A stretch of 52,950 nucleotides of DNA. Source: Patescibacteria group bacterium (GTDB taxonomy: Bacteria > Patescibacteriota > Minisyncoccia > Minisyncoccales > UBA5738). The position numbers were made by a program, and so were the translations under genes. The stretch covers positions 9,184 to 62,133 of the forward strand of contig JAKLGH010000007.1 of the NCBI GenBank assembly GCA_022710775.1, given 5' to 3'. Positions 7,886-17,750 of this stretch are shown here, in pieces (the first letter of the stretch is position 1; each line of letters opens with the position of its first letter). Below the pieces are notes generated by a model. That model did not search any database, was not told where the DNA came from, and saw only the letters and a list, made by a program, of their open reading frames with translations.

Positions 7886-10800
7886 ATGCTGAACCTAAAA
7901 CACGGCCAAATCAGAACAATGGCTCAGGATGTTGCGAGCCTCCAAGGAAAAAGCTCCAAGGAAAGCGCGGTGTTGGAAAAAAACACGATAGAAGGCGACT
8001 TGGAGAGCAGGCTGGCAAATACATTGTTAGAAATGGAAAGAAGAAATGCTTCTTCGGGTTTGAGCGTGGAACAGCCGCCGATACAGGCCCAAATTCCGCC
8101 GGCTCCCGGGTTGCCGAATATGCCGGTTCCTGCGCCAACTTCCGCCCCTCCGGACCCTGCGCCTAATCCGCCGCAGCCAGATCCGGCTCTGGCTGGAAAT
8201 TCTCTGGAAAAACAACTGGAAGAAAAAATCGCCAAAGAAATGATGGCTTCTTTGCCGGACTCGTTTGGCCTTCAGATGGAGAAGCCTCCGGCTCCGCCGC
8301 AACCGGCTGCCCAAGAAAACGAAAAAGAAGAAAAAAAGCCCGAATCCGAAAAAATCAAACTTAAGAAGCCGGAACCGGCTGCTTCCCTGAAAGACAATCC
8401 TCCCGCTTTCGAAATTATGCCCAAAAGCGAAGCGGAAATCGAGGAAAAAGTTAAAAAAGAGCTTGAAGAGGAAAGGGAAAAATTAAAATTGCAAAAGTTG
8501 GAATCGGCCGAAAAAGACATTGAGGAAGAAAAAAAGAAAAAACTTGAAGAAAAAACCGCCAAAGAAAAAGAAGATGCGGTAATTTCCGAAGAAGAAAAGA
8601 AAAGGCTGAAGAGAAAAGGGGAGCTTGAATTACCCGTTCTGCTGAAAGAAGCCAAAGAAAGGATTTGCATCGACAGATCCGAAGTGGAAAAACATCTTGC
8701 AGACCTTGCCACCAAAGATGAACCGCTGGAAAAGCAAAGGGCCCAATTGAAAGCCGAAGTGGAATTGGCAAAAAGCGGAGAGCTTGGATTGATCGTTGAG
8801 AAAGAAAAGGAAATTGAAGATAAAAAAGAACGCCTCGAGAAAACCGGCGCTGCCAACCTGACGCTGGCGGACGAAAAGTTGCTGTCCCAAAAGCTCTGGG
8901 ACATCGAAGACAAGAGAAAACAAATAGAAAGAAGAAGATGGGAAATAGAAGACCAAATTACCCGATCTGAGATCGAGATAAAAAAGATCGAATTGGAGCT
9001 GGCCGATAAAAACGAAGAAAGGAACAAGATCAGGGAGGTCGTCAGCAAATTAACCGCCAAGGAAAAACTCATTGATTTTGTCGAAAAGAAAAAAACATGG
9101 ATCAAAGAAATAACCAAGATCAGAGAAGAAAAAGACGGATTGCTCCCGGAGGCGGAGACAATCGCCTCCGAAAAACAGGATAATGAAGACACGCTGAAAG
9201 AATTGATCGAAAGCGAAAAGGCTATTACCGAGGAGCTGAAAATGGTTGAAGAAAAAGAAAAACAAGCGCTAACCTACGATGAGAAAAGAGTGATTGAAAA
9301 AATGCGCTGGAAGGTGGAAAGCGACATGAGAAGGACGATCAAGGAAAAATGGCAGCATGTGCTAGCCAGGGAAAAGATCGACGAAGCTGAAAAAAACATT
9401 CTTGCCAAGATCGAAAATACCGAAAACCGGCTAAAAACACTTGAGGACGAAATATCGGCCGAAGAGATAATTTTGGAAAAAGAAGGGCTCAACGTAAGAA
9501 AAATCCGCGAAGAAATCGGCACGATCTTTGAAGAAACTGGTTTTGATTTTGACGATTCTATTCTGGAAGAGATCGACCAATCGGATTTGGTTATAAGCGA
9601 TTACCATGAAGAAGAAACTGAAGCATGGGTCAAAAAACCGGAAACAAAAGAGCCTGAAGAGGAAACCGAACCGTCTTTCGCCAATCCGGAAAACCCGGTT
9701 CCCGAAAACAAACCGGCGGCCGCGTTTAGGGAAGACGGGGACTATAGAAAAAAAAGCAGCCTGATGGCGGCGGAACCGGCCCAGCCCGCAGAACAAGCGC
9801 CTGTTGATCCGCAAGCGAGGGTGGGCAGGGAACCTCTCGCAGAGGACGCCCGCCCTAATGGCTCGTTTCTGGAACCGATCGACGATAAAGGAATCGGATC
9901 CGCTCCGAAAACAAATTTAGGCTTTCGAGACGTCGGACCGGAACAACCGGCGCCGGCCCTTGACAATCGCTGGCCTCGCGAGAACGAATCTGCGGCTGAC
10001 AACCGAGACTTATCGGCATTATATCAATCGCCCAGGCCAATTAAAAAAGAGACGGAAGAGGAAGAACCGGATAATCCCTGGACGAACCGCTGGAGCCAAA
10101 CGCAAAAACCTTCTTTCCCCGATCCGGAAATAAATCCAATGGCCGCGGCAGCCGGCAGGAAAGAAAGAAATGAAACGAAACAGGATGATGAGCTTTCTTT
10201 ATCGGAAGACCTGCCCGCAAAATCATCGAGCGGGAAAAAACTGATGATCAGGATTTTAATCCTGCTTGTCAGTCTGGCGGTTATCGGCGGAATCGTGCTA
10301 ATCGTTTTCACAAAAAAATCAAACGATAAGCCAAACGAAGAAGAACCGAACACCGAAGAGCCGGCAGGGGACGATGACAGCACGGGGGATGATGACAACG
10401 ATGACAGCACGGGGGATGATGACAACGATGACAGCACGGGGGATGATGACTCTGAACCTCCCGCCGAACCGACCTCGCTGATCTCCACCGTCTCCACTTT
10501 AAACATCAAGGGCGATGGTACCGATATTCCGGATAAGCTGTCCGCTTATCTGGAGAGGAAGTTTGAAGGCGAAGGATATTACCGGATTTTGATCCAAAAT
10601 AAAGACGATGAGTATATCGGCGTCCGGGAATTTTTCGATTTATTCGATTCAAAAACTCCGGATAACCTGTTTGACCACTTATCCGGCAATTTTACGCTTT
10701 TCGTTTACGCCAGCAAGGGAGACAACCGGCTTGGCCTTATCGCAGAAATCTCTGATCCGGACGGATTTGAAAGCCTTATGAAAAAATGGGAGACAACTAT

Positions 10801-11035
10801 GGAAAAGGACTTGGGCGGATTTTTCAAGTTCCTGGGAAAAACAAAAAACGCCTCTCCGTCATTTTTCAAGACCGGATCCATTCCGAACAGTCAGACAAAA
10901 TTCCGGTATCTTTCTTTTCCGCTTCCGCCGTCAAACACGAATTCCGGTCTTTGCTACGCGTCAAACGATAAATATTTCATCCTTACCTCGTCGGGAGAAA
11001 GCTTGATCAAGATCTTTAACCAATTAGTAAACTAA
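7886..11035 (+). CDS. Giant (about 1050 aa) hypothetical protein. It has a Pro-rich N-terminus, a roughly 600-aa E/K-rich coiled coil, a single TM helix (LMIRILILLVSLAVIGGIVLIVF), an acidic DDSTGDDDN tandem repeat (27-nt unit x2.9 at 10374-10451) and a folded C-terminal domain of about 190 aa.
   Basis: ORF track 7799-11035. The TTG at 7799 lies inside a likely -10 element (TATAAT at 7794-7799), so the start was moved to the first ATG at 7886. The start remains uncertain. Composition and repeats were read directly. Confidence 0.5.
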   Translation: MLNLKHGQIRTMAQDVASLQGKSSKESAVLEKNTIEGDLESRLANTLLEMERRNASSGLSVEQPPIQAQIPPAPGLPNMPVPAPTSAPPDPAPNPPQPDPALAGNSLEKQLEEKIAKEMMASLPDSFGLQMEKPPAPPQPAAQENEKEEKKPESEKIKLKKPEPAASLKDNPPAFEIMPKSEAEIEEKVKKELEEEREKLKLQKLESAEKDIEEEKKKKLEEKTAKEKEDAVISEEEKKRLKRKGELELPVLLKEAKERICIDRSEVEKHLADLATKDEPLEKQRAQLKAEVELAKSGELGLIVEKEKEIEDKKERLEKTGAANLTLADEKLLSQKLWDIEDKRKQIERRRWEIEDQITRSEIEIKKIELELADKNEERNKIREVVSKLTAKEKLIDFVEKKKTWIKEITKIREEKDGLLPEAETIASEKQDNEDTLKELIESEKAITEELKMVEEKEKQALTYDEKRVIEKMRWKVESDMRRTIKEKWQHVLAREKIDEAEKNILAKIENTENRLKTLEDEISAEEIILEKEGLNVRKIREEIGTIFEETGFDFDDSILEEIDQSDLVISDYHEEETEAWVKKPETKEPEEETEPSFANPENPVPENKPAAAFREDGDYRKKSSLMAAEPAQPAEQAPVDPQARVGREPLAEDARPNGSFLEPIDDKGIGSAPKTNLGFRDVGPEQPAPALDNRWPRENESAADNRDLSALYQSPRPIKKETEEEEPDNPWTNRWSQTQKPSFPDPEINPMAAAAGRKERNETKQDDELSLSEDLPAKSSSGKKLMIRILILLVSLAVIGGIVLIVFTKKSNDKPNEEEPNTEEPAGDDDSTGDDDNDDSTGDDDNDDSTGDDDSEPPAEPTSLISTVSTLNIKGDGTDIPDKLSAYLERKFEGEGYYRILIQNKDDEYIGVREFFDLFDSKTPDNLFDHLSGNFTLFVYASKGDNRLGLIAEISDPDGFESLMKKWETTMEKDLGGFFKFLGKTKNASPSFFKTGSIPNSQTKFRYLSFPLPPSNTNSGLCYASNDKYFILTSSGESLIKIFNQLVN

Positions 11036-11092
11036 AAACAAAAATAAAAACAGAAAAAGCCAAAAAGTAAAACCGAAAATTAATTAATTTTT

Positions 11093-11509
11093 ATGGAAAA
11101 AAAGAAAAGCACGAAAACCGTTGAAAAAACCAAAGAAAGAGTCGGAAAAGGGCTGCTGGAAGAGTTAAGAATTAAGCTGGAAGGGGAGAAGGTTGCGGTT
11201 GAGCAAGAACTTCAAAAGATAGCCACGAAGAATGATAAGATCCCCGGAGATTGGAAAAGCAAATTTCCATTCGGTAATTCCGATTCGGGCAGCGCCTCCC
11301 TGGAACGGCAAGCGGATGAAGTGGAAGAATATACAACGCGACTTCCGATCGAACACAACCTGGAAATCAAGCTCCAAGACGTAAACTCCGCGCTGGAAAA
11401 AATTAAAAAAGGAAAATACGGGCTTTGCGAAAATTGCGGCCGTATGATCCCGATCGAACGGCTGAAGATCTACCCGGCCGCCAAACTTTGCCTGGATTGC
11501 CAAAAGTAA
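11093..11509 (+). CDS. DksA/TraR-family C4-type zinc-finger protein
   Basis: C-terminal CxxC-x17-CxxC (CENCGRMIPIERLKIYPAAKLCLDCQ) preceded by a coiled-coil region. Confidence 0.7.
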   Translation: MEKKKSTKTVEKTKERVGKGLLEELRIKLEGEKVAVEQELQKIATKNDKIPGDWKSKFPFGNSDSGSASLERQADEVEEYTTRLPIEHNLEIKLQDVNSALEKIKKGKYGLCENCGRMIPIERLKIYPAAKLCLDCQK

Positions 11510-11534
11510 AAAATCTGTTAATTTGCAGGCCCCG

Positions 11535-11611
11535 GGCCAGCCCCGGGAACAAAATTCCGATTTTAATCGAAAACTCCGCGCTTTACGCGGAGTTTTTGTT
11601 TTGGCCAGCCC
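11535..11611. repeat. Small repeat element: 9-bp direct repeat GGCCAGCCC (11535-11543 and 11603-11611) flanking a 59-nt insert. The insert begins with CGGGAACAAAAT and contains the dksA-like terminator hairpin (ACTCCGCG-cttta-CGCGGAGT plus T-run).
   Basis: Read directly. The core motif is shared with the repeats at 34934, 36896, 48495 and 51421. Confidence 0.4.
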
Positions 11612-11724
11612 GCTCTGGACATTTTTTTTGTTTTTGTTAGATTTTAGTATTTAAAATTACCGCCAGCCAGGCTAGCCGAACATTCCTGTTTTCAGCCTCG
11701 CCGCGATAAGACACAAGGAAAAAT

Positions 11725-13251
11725 ATGCCATCAAAAGTATTTTCGGCCGCAGTTATCGGACTGGACGCTCAAATCATCGAAGTTGAAGTGGACTCAACTT
11801 ACGGGTTAAGGCACTTTGAGATCGTCGGCTTGCCGGACAAATCGGTCCAGGAAGCCAAAGAGCGCGTCGCAACGGCAATCGACAGCGCGGGATTCCCGTC
11901 CCCGAACAACCAGCCTGTAAAAGTTTTGGTTTCTTTGGCTCCCGCCGATTTAAAAAAAGAAGGCGCTTTATATGACCTTCCAATAGCCCTCGGATATCTG
12001 CTGGCCGAAAAGATCATCAAATTCAACCCTTTGAGGAAAGTATTCATCGGAGAACTTGCCCTGGACGGAAAACTCCGGCCGGCAAAAGGCATAATATCCT
12101 TGGCTATTGCCTGTAAAGAAAAGGGGATTGAGGAGATCATTTTACCCAAGGAAAATGCCGCCGAAGGCGGTTTGATAAAAGGCGTTAAAATCATCGGCGT
12201 GGAAAGCTTAGACGAAACAATTGATTATTTAAATGGCAAAAAAATCATCGAACCGACAGTCACTGATACAAAAAATTACGTTTTTACCGGACATATCCCA
12301 GGAGACCTGGCTTTGATCTCCGGACAAGAATCGGCAAAAAGAGCCTTAGAAATCATTGCAGCGGGCGGACACAACCTGTTAATGTCGGGACCGCCGGGAA
12401 CCGGAAAAACTTTACTGGCTAAAGCTTTGCCTTCCATTATGCCGCCTTTATCATTCGAGGAATCATTGGAAGTCACTAAAGTTTACAGCGTTTGCGGCCT
12501 TCTGTCCGCAAATTCTCCTTTAATAACGCAACGGCCTTTCCGCGCCCCGCACCATACTTCATCGTGCGTCGCCCTGATCGGGGGAGGGAATCCGCCCAAG
12601 CCCGGAGAGATCACGCTGGCCCACCGGGGAGTTTTATTCCTTGATGAATTTCCGGAATTCCACCGCGACGTTCTGGAAGCGCTCCGCCAGCCGATCGAAG
12701 AGGGAAATATAAACTTATTGCGGGCGCGCCACGCTTTAACCCTTCCGGCCCGCTTTACCCTGATTTTAGCCGCCAATCCTTGTCCCTGCGGAAATTTCGG
12801 CAACCCCGACAAAAGGTGCGTCTGCGCCAGCTCCCAGATCAAAATGTACCAAAAAAAACTTTCCGGCCCGCTAATGGACCGGGTGGATCTTTTTATCACA
12901 GTGCCATCCGTTAAATACGAAAAGCTGGCGGCAACCGATAGCGACGCAAAAAGCAGCCAAGCCGCCCGGGAAAAAGTTCTGAAAGCGCGCCTCATACAGC
13001 AAATCCGTTTCAACAATTTTACCACTAACGCCGAAATGGGGATCGTTGAAATAAAAAAACACTGCCTTTTGGACGGCAGGTCGAAAACTTTGCTGAAAAA
13101 TTATGTGGATTCGGGCAAATTGTCGGCCCGGGGATACCACCGGGTTTTAAAAGTGGCGCGCACGATCGCCGACCTGGAAGGCGCAGAGAACATCCTATTT
13201 GACCATCTGGCCGAAGCCCTGATGTACCGACCCAAAGGCAGTATCGGCTAG
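11725..13251 (+). CDS. comM: YifB/ComM-family Mg-chelatase-like AAA+ ATPase
   Basis: N-terminal Lon-like domain, Walker A (MSGPPGTGKT), Walker B (LFLDEF), and the conserved C-terminal domain of the family. Confidence 0.85.
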   Translation: MPSKVFSAAVIGLDAQIIEVEVDSTYGLRHFEIVGLPDKSVQEAKERVATAIDSAGFPSPNNQPVKVLVSLAPADLKKEGALYDLPIALGYLLAEKIIKFNPLRKVFIGELALDGKLRPAKGIISLAIACKEKGIEEIILPKENAAEGGLIKGVKIIGVESLDETIDYLNGKKIIEPTVTDTKNYVFTGHIPGDLALISGQESAKRALEIIAAGGHNLLMSGPPGTGKTLLAKALPSIMPPLSFEESLEVTKVYSVCGLLSANSPLITQRPFRAPHHTSSCVALIGGGNPPKPGEITLAHRGVLFLDEFPEFHRDVLEALRQPIEEGNINLLRARHALTLPARFTLILAANPCPCGNFGNPDKRCVCASSQIKMYQKKLSGPLMDRVDLFITVPSVKYEKLAATDSDAKSSQAAREKVLKARLIQQIRFNNFTTNAEMGIVEIKKHCLLDGRSKTLLKNYVDSGKLSARGYHRVLKVARTIADLEGAENILFDHLAEALMYRPKGSIG

Positions 13252-14348
13252 CGTTTCGTGAATGGATTGACCGTGCCGATCACTTCGAAGTGCAGATGGC
13301 AGCCGGTGGACAATCCCGTATTGCCCATTAGGGCGATATTCTGTCCCTTGGAAACCGCCTGGCCCGATTTTACGAAGATCGTCTGTAAATGAAAATATTT
13401 AGTGACCGCTCCGCTCGGATGGAGAATGGTAATATAATTTCCCGCCCCCTTGTTCCAGCCATAAGCGACGCGCTGAACCGTGCCGGACGCAGACGCGTAA
13501 ATAGCATCGCCGCATTTACCGTTGGAAAGATCCACTGCGTTATTATAATGCAATCCTTGGGTCAAACGGCAAGGAAGGCTGATCGGGCACATGAAGTAAT
13601 CTCCCGGAAGGCTTAAGCCGCTTGTCAAACCCCCGTTAGGTTTAACCGTTGTGGCCGCGCCGGTTTTTGCCTTGGCAACGGCTTTCGGCATTTTTCCGCC
13701 GGGAATAATTAAAGTGTCTCCGATATAAACATCGGCTTCGTCTGAAAGTTTGTTAAAAGCCACCACATCGGCTGCTTTGGCTTGATATTTTTGCGCCACA
13801 ACCGATACCGTATCGCCGTTGGCTACGTTGTGGACAACGCCGGAAACCGGAAGAATAACCAAAATTTGGCCGGTTTTTATTTGCGCCGTCGCGGACAGAT
13901 CGTTGGCCCAAAGGATAGTGTCGGCGCTGATGCCAAACTTTTCCGCAACTCCCGCAACCGTATCTCCCTGTTCAACAATATATTCTATGATCGCTCTTTG
14001 GTCATCTTCCATTTTCAGGTTCTCTTGGTAATATTCATCTCCCCCGACCAGCGACCCGAGAACCTTGGTAGAAACCGTGATCGGGGGAGTGGAAGCCCTA
14101 ACGCAGGAGCTATCGATCAAAAGAAAATCCGGTGATTCAAGCCGGGTTTGTTTTAAGGCGTCAAGATAGGCATTTTGCGAGCTTTCGATACAAATTTGGC
14201 CATTTTCTTTGGTATTGGTAATCGTAGCCGAAAACGCCAAAGAAGCGCTAAACAAAACCGCTCCGACAAGGAGAAGTTTGGAAATATTTCTTAATTGGAC
14301 CTTAATAGACACGTATTCATTATATCGCGGCACAGGGCTAATTGTCAA
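13248..14348 (-). CDS. Secreted LysM-domain M23 metallopeptidase
   Basis: Signal peptide, two LysM-like repeats (GDTVAGVAEKFGISADTILWAN; GDTVSVVAQKYQAKAADVVAFN) and a C-terminal M23 motif (GNTGLSTGCHLHFEV). The true start may be the GTG at 14312, which gives a cleaner signal peptide. Confidence 0.75.
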   Translation of the reverse strand: MTISPVPRYNEYVSIKVQLRNISKLLLVGAVLFSASLAFSATITNTKENGQICIESSQNAYLDALKQTRLESPDFLLIDSSCVRASTPPITVSTKVLGSLVGGDEYYQENLKMEDDQRAIIEYIVEQGDTVAGVAEKFGISADTILWANDLSATAQIKTGQILVILPVSGVVHNVANGDTVSVVAQKYQAKAADVVAFNKLSDEADVYIGDTLIIPGGKMPKAVAKAKTGAATTVKPNGGLTSGLSLPGDYFMCPISLPCRLTQGLHYNNAVDLSNGKCGDAIYASASGTVQRVAYGWNKGAGNYITILHPSGAVTKYFHLQTIFVKSGQAVSKGQNIALMGNTGLSTGCHLHFEVIGTVNPFTKR

Positions 14349-14508
14349 GCAAGAAACATGTTAAAAACATGTTAGAATAAGATTGTGCTCACACCGCCGC
14401 ATTCGGCTGTTAAACAAGCAAAATCCAAGGCAAAACACGCTTAATTCGTAGCCCGAAGCCAAGCTCTCCGCCAGCCGCGGAAATCATCGCATAAAAAAAA
14501 CCATCCGG

Positions 14509-15339
14509 ATGGAAAAATCATCGATTAAAACAATATTGGCCGGACGCGGCGCTTTGCCGAAAAAAAGATTCGGACAGAACTTTCTTTGCGACCGCAACAT
14601 TACCGAAAAAATGGTTAAAGCCGCGAATCTCGAGCCGAAAGACGTTGTTTTAGAGATCGGACCGGGTACCGGAATCCTGACCAAAGAAATAGCTAAAAAA
14701 GCGAAAAAAGTGATTGCCGTGGAACTTGACCGCCGGATGGTTGCGGTTTTGCGGGATACTGTTCGCCTCGAAAACGTAAAGATCGTTGAAACCGATATCC
14801 TTAAGTTCGATGAAAAATCGTTGCCGCCCGCCTATAAGGTGGTGGCGAATCTGCCTTTCTATTTATCCGCGCCGGCCATTAGAAAATTCCTGGAAAGCGA
14901 AAACCAGCCGCAAAGCCTTACTCTTATATTGCAAAAAGAAGTCGCTCAAAGGATAGCAGCCAAGCCCGGAAAAATGAGCATTTTAGCGGTTTCCGTCCAA
15001 TTCTACTCTCATCCTTTGATCGTCTGCAGTATTCCCCGAAGCTGTTTCTGGCCCGTTCCCAGCGTCGACAGCGCTATTTTGAAGATTACGCCGAATAAAA
15101 ACAAACCGGAAAAAAATTTTTCCGCTCTATTTTTTAAAATCGTGAAGGCGGGATTTTCCCAGCCCCGAAAGCAGTTGGTAAATAATTTTTCAAAAAACCT
15201 TTTTGGGCCCGGCAACAGGAGAAGGGAAGAGATTGAGCTGTGGCTTAAGCAATCCGGCATTGGCCCGGCCCAAAGAGCCGAAACGCTGGCAGTCGACCAG
15301 TGGATAAGTCTGGCCAAGACCTATTCATTAATAGTTTAA
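14509..15339 (+). CDS. rsmA: 16S rRNA (adenine1518/1519-N6)-dimethyltransferase
   Basis: FGQNFL motif and SAM-binding motif LEIGPGTG, followed by NLPY. Confidence 0.9.
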   Translation: MEKSSIKTILAGRGALPKKRFGQNFLCDRNITEKMVKAANLEPKDVVLEIGPGTGILTKEIAKKAKKVIAVELDRRMVAVLRDTVRLENVKIVETDILKFDEKSLPPAYKVVANLPFYLSAPAIRKFLESENQPQSLTLILQKEVAQRIAAKPGKMSILAVSVQFYSHPLIVCSIPRSCFWPVPSVDSAILKITPNKNKPEKNFSALFFKIVKAGFSQPRKQLVNNFSKNLFGPGNRRREEIELWLKQSGIGPAQRAETLAVDQWISLAKTYSLIV

Positions 15340-15380
15340 AAGAACTTATAATATATTAAACATATTAACGAATATATAAC

Positions 15381-17741
15381 ATGCCAATGTTCGATTTTTT
15401 TCATCGAAACTTCATGGTCTGCAATAAAAATTTTTTGCGTTCCCTTGGCTTGTTATTATTTTTGTTGCTGGTTTTTTCGGGAACCAACGTTCAAGCGGAA
15501 GATGATGATGACGAATGCAATCCCTGTTGCCATCACGTTTATTACACTTGCTCAAGCTCCTGCGGCGGCACCTTAAGGGACATACATCAAGACACTTGTT
15601 GCGGCGAATCATGCAACAGCCCCACGTATGATTGCGAGGACTGGCAAAAATGCGACCCGAGCGAAGCGGTCGGCGGAAAATGTTATTGCGACGGTTCCTG
15701 CCTGGAAAAACCCAAGGATCCGGTCTATTACAACAATCCGGAATATGTCCACCAGCCCCAGCACACCGTTGGAGACAAAGACGTCAAGTTGCCGGTAAAG
15801 CTTGAATGGACCGACGTACCCGGATGGAAAAACAAAGGCGGCCCGGGCGCCCATAAAAAAGATCCCTACGGCCCCCAATCCTACGTGATCGCCCTTAAAA
15901 ATACTGCCGTACTGCCGAACGCAGAAGAAGAATACACCAAAGTCCTGCCCGAATCGGAGTTCAATTCGGTATCAGACGGCCAGCCTTGCCTTTTAAAATC
16001 GGCAGCTGAAGTTCCCTGGAACGTAAAGGCCTGTTGCAATACCGACGGCACCAATTGCGGGCCCACGGCTTATTTTTCTTTTACAACCAGCTCGGCTCCC
16101 GAACCGAAGGCGCCTTACGATCCGGACTGGGTAGGGGATAAAGCCGCCGAGAACCTGGGTGTCCATACCGACGTAAACACCTTAAAACTCGAATGGTGCC
16201 CTTTAAGAGACGTGATGGCTTACCGCCTGCTGGCTTACACTGTAGATGGCAAAGAAGAAAAATGCATTCACGCCCTATCGCAAGGCAAAGATTGCAAACC
16301 CTACGATATTATGACGGCGAATGGGGCAGGAATACCTCCAACCTCGTTAAAAAACAGCGACACCGGTTTTTTTACCAAAGATTTTACTTATTCCTGGACC
16401 GTGCAAGGATGCAAAGGTTTGGATGGAATAAATTGCACCGACTGGAGCCAAAAATGGAAATTCAAATTAAATGATTTTGCTTTAGAACCCCCCAGCCTTT
16501 ACGCCCCTCCCGACGATCCGGAAGGCAAAACACCGGTCGGTCTGCCCGTTAAATTCGCTTGGGACGGCAAAGCCGGAAGCAACTCATACATCTTTGACTT
16601 AACCGGCGTAGCCTTAACGAACGAGGAAAAAAACCGCAAGATATCAACAGTAACGATAGACTATCCAAAGCTCCAACTTGACAAAATCTATACTTGGCGC
16701 GTCAAACCTTGCTGGGATTATGAATCAAAAGAATGCGAAGACGCCGCCTGGTCCAAAACTTTCACTTTCCGGACAACCGGCCGGCCTCCGATCCCGGAAT
16801 CAATGAAACCGGAAGGCAGCAATGTCGGATTGCCGGCTATCTTTACCTGGGAAAACGTCCCGGGCGCGAAATCGTTTGTTTTTCAAATAGAAGGCAATGG
16901 GATAAATTTAGAAAGAACCGTAATCGATCCTAAAGTGGCGGATATCGGCTCTCCCGACCTGAAACCCGAAAAAACCTATGTCTGGAAAGTTAAAACCTGC
17001 GCCCGCGAAGCGGGGGAATTATGCGGCGAATGGAGCGAAACGAAAAGCATCACAATTTCCGCCATCGGCGCGCCGACCAATCCCAATCCTCCCGACGGAT
17101 CAACCATCTATTCCGACGAACTGCCTAAAGACCTCACCTGGGACAAAGTTGACGGAGCCGGCGCTTACAGAACAACCATTACCTACACGGCGAAAGACGC
17201 GGACGAAACCAGTGAATGCCCGACCGGAACGTCAAAAGAACAGATAGTTTTGGGCCCAGCCCATCAAATCAGCTCTTCCTGCCTGGGAACTTACGTTTGG
17301 CAGGTCCAGTCGTGCCTTGATACCGAATGCAAGTTATTGGGCGGCACCGGTCCGGAATGGACGCTTAACATCAAACAAAACCCCGATAACGCGAAAACAA
17401 CGGGAGGCCTGGTTATTTGCGGCCGGAATTACGACAATCCAGACACCTCTTGGAACGAAAGAAACGCCTGCAACATCGGCCATATTTTTCTTATGCTCCA
17501 GGTGATCTTCGAATTCTTTCTTTTCCGGCTGTCGATCGTTATTCTGGTAATACTGGTGCTGATCACCGGCGTGATCTTTTACACATCGCTAGGCGACGCG
17601 GCCACGATCCAGCGGGTGAAAAGCCTCTGGCGGGCGGCAGGATTAGGCTATCTTATCGTGCTGTTTGGCTGGGTGGTCGTATCGGTTCTGCTTACGGTTC
17701 TGGGCTTCCAGTTCGGTTCGTGGTGGAAAATTAAAAACTGA
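15381..17741 (+). CDS. Large surface protein. It has a signal peptide, an N-terminal Cys-rich module, five ~100-aa Fn3/Ig-like repeats (recurrent L.W...PGA.SY.....YxWxVxxC...C.EWS motif), and a C-terminal 2-TM pilin-like domain.
   Basis: The repeats were aligned by eye. The C-terminal TGVIFYTSLGDAATIQRVKSLWRAAGLGYLIVLFGWVVVSVLL matches the 2-TM modules of ORFs 3646-4140 and 18566-19492. Confidence 0.6.
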   Translation: MPMFDFFHRNFMVCNKNFLRSLGLLLFLLLVFSGTNVQAEDDDDECNPCCHHVYYTCSSSCGGTLRDIHQDTCCGESCNSPTYDCEDWQKCDPSEAVGGKCYCDGSCLEKPKDPVYYNNPEYVHQPQHTVGDKDVKLPVKLEWTDVPGWKNKGGPGAHKKDPYGPQSYVIALKNTAVLPNAEEEYTKVLPESEFNSVSDGQPCLLKSAAEVPWNVKACCNTDGTNCGPTAYFSFTTSSAPEPKAPYDPDWVGDKAAENLGVHTDVNTLKLEWCPLRDVMAYRLLAYTVDGKEEKCIHALSQGKDCKPYDIMTANGAGIPPTSLKNSDTGFFTKDFTYSWTVQGCKGLDGINCTDWSQKWKFKLNDFALEPPSLYAPPDDPEGKTPVGLPVKFAWDGKAGSNSYIFDLTGVALTNEEKNRKISTVTIDYPKLQLDKIYTWRVKPCWDYESKECEDAAWSKTFTFRTTGRPPIPESMKPEGSNVGLPAIFTWENVPGAKSFVFQIEGNGINLERTVIDPKVADIGSPDLKPEKTYVWKVKTCAREAGELCGEWSETKSITISAIGAPTNPNPPDGSTIYSDELPKDLTWDKVDGAGAYRTTITYTAKDADETSECPTGTSKEQIVLGPAHQISSSCLGTYVWQVQSCLDTECKLLGGTGPEWTLNIKQNPDNAKTTGGLVICGRNYDNPDTSWNERNACNIGHIFLMLQVIFEFFLFRLSIVILVILVLITGVIFYTSLGDAATIQRVKSLWRAAGLGYLIVLFGWVVVSVLLTVLGFQFGSWWKIKN

Positions 17742-17750
17742 TAATTTCAA

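Noticed and set aside
7911-10509. Numerous long antisense or out-of-frame ORFs (for example 8272-9192 minus, Ser/Phe-rich; 10024-10509 minus) overlapping the giant E/K-rich gene
   Set aside because: These are mirror-image artefacts of a GAA/AAG-rich coding strand. They have low-complexity S/F/L composition and no independent signals.
11774-13140. Several 60-180-aa minus-strand ORFs inside comM/yifB
   Set aside because: These are antisense to a well-supported AAA+ gene. They are GC-skew artefacts.
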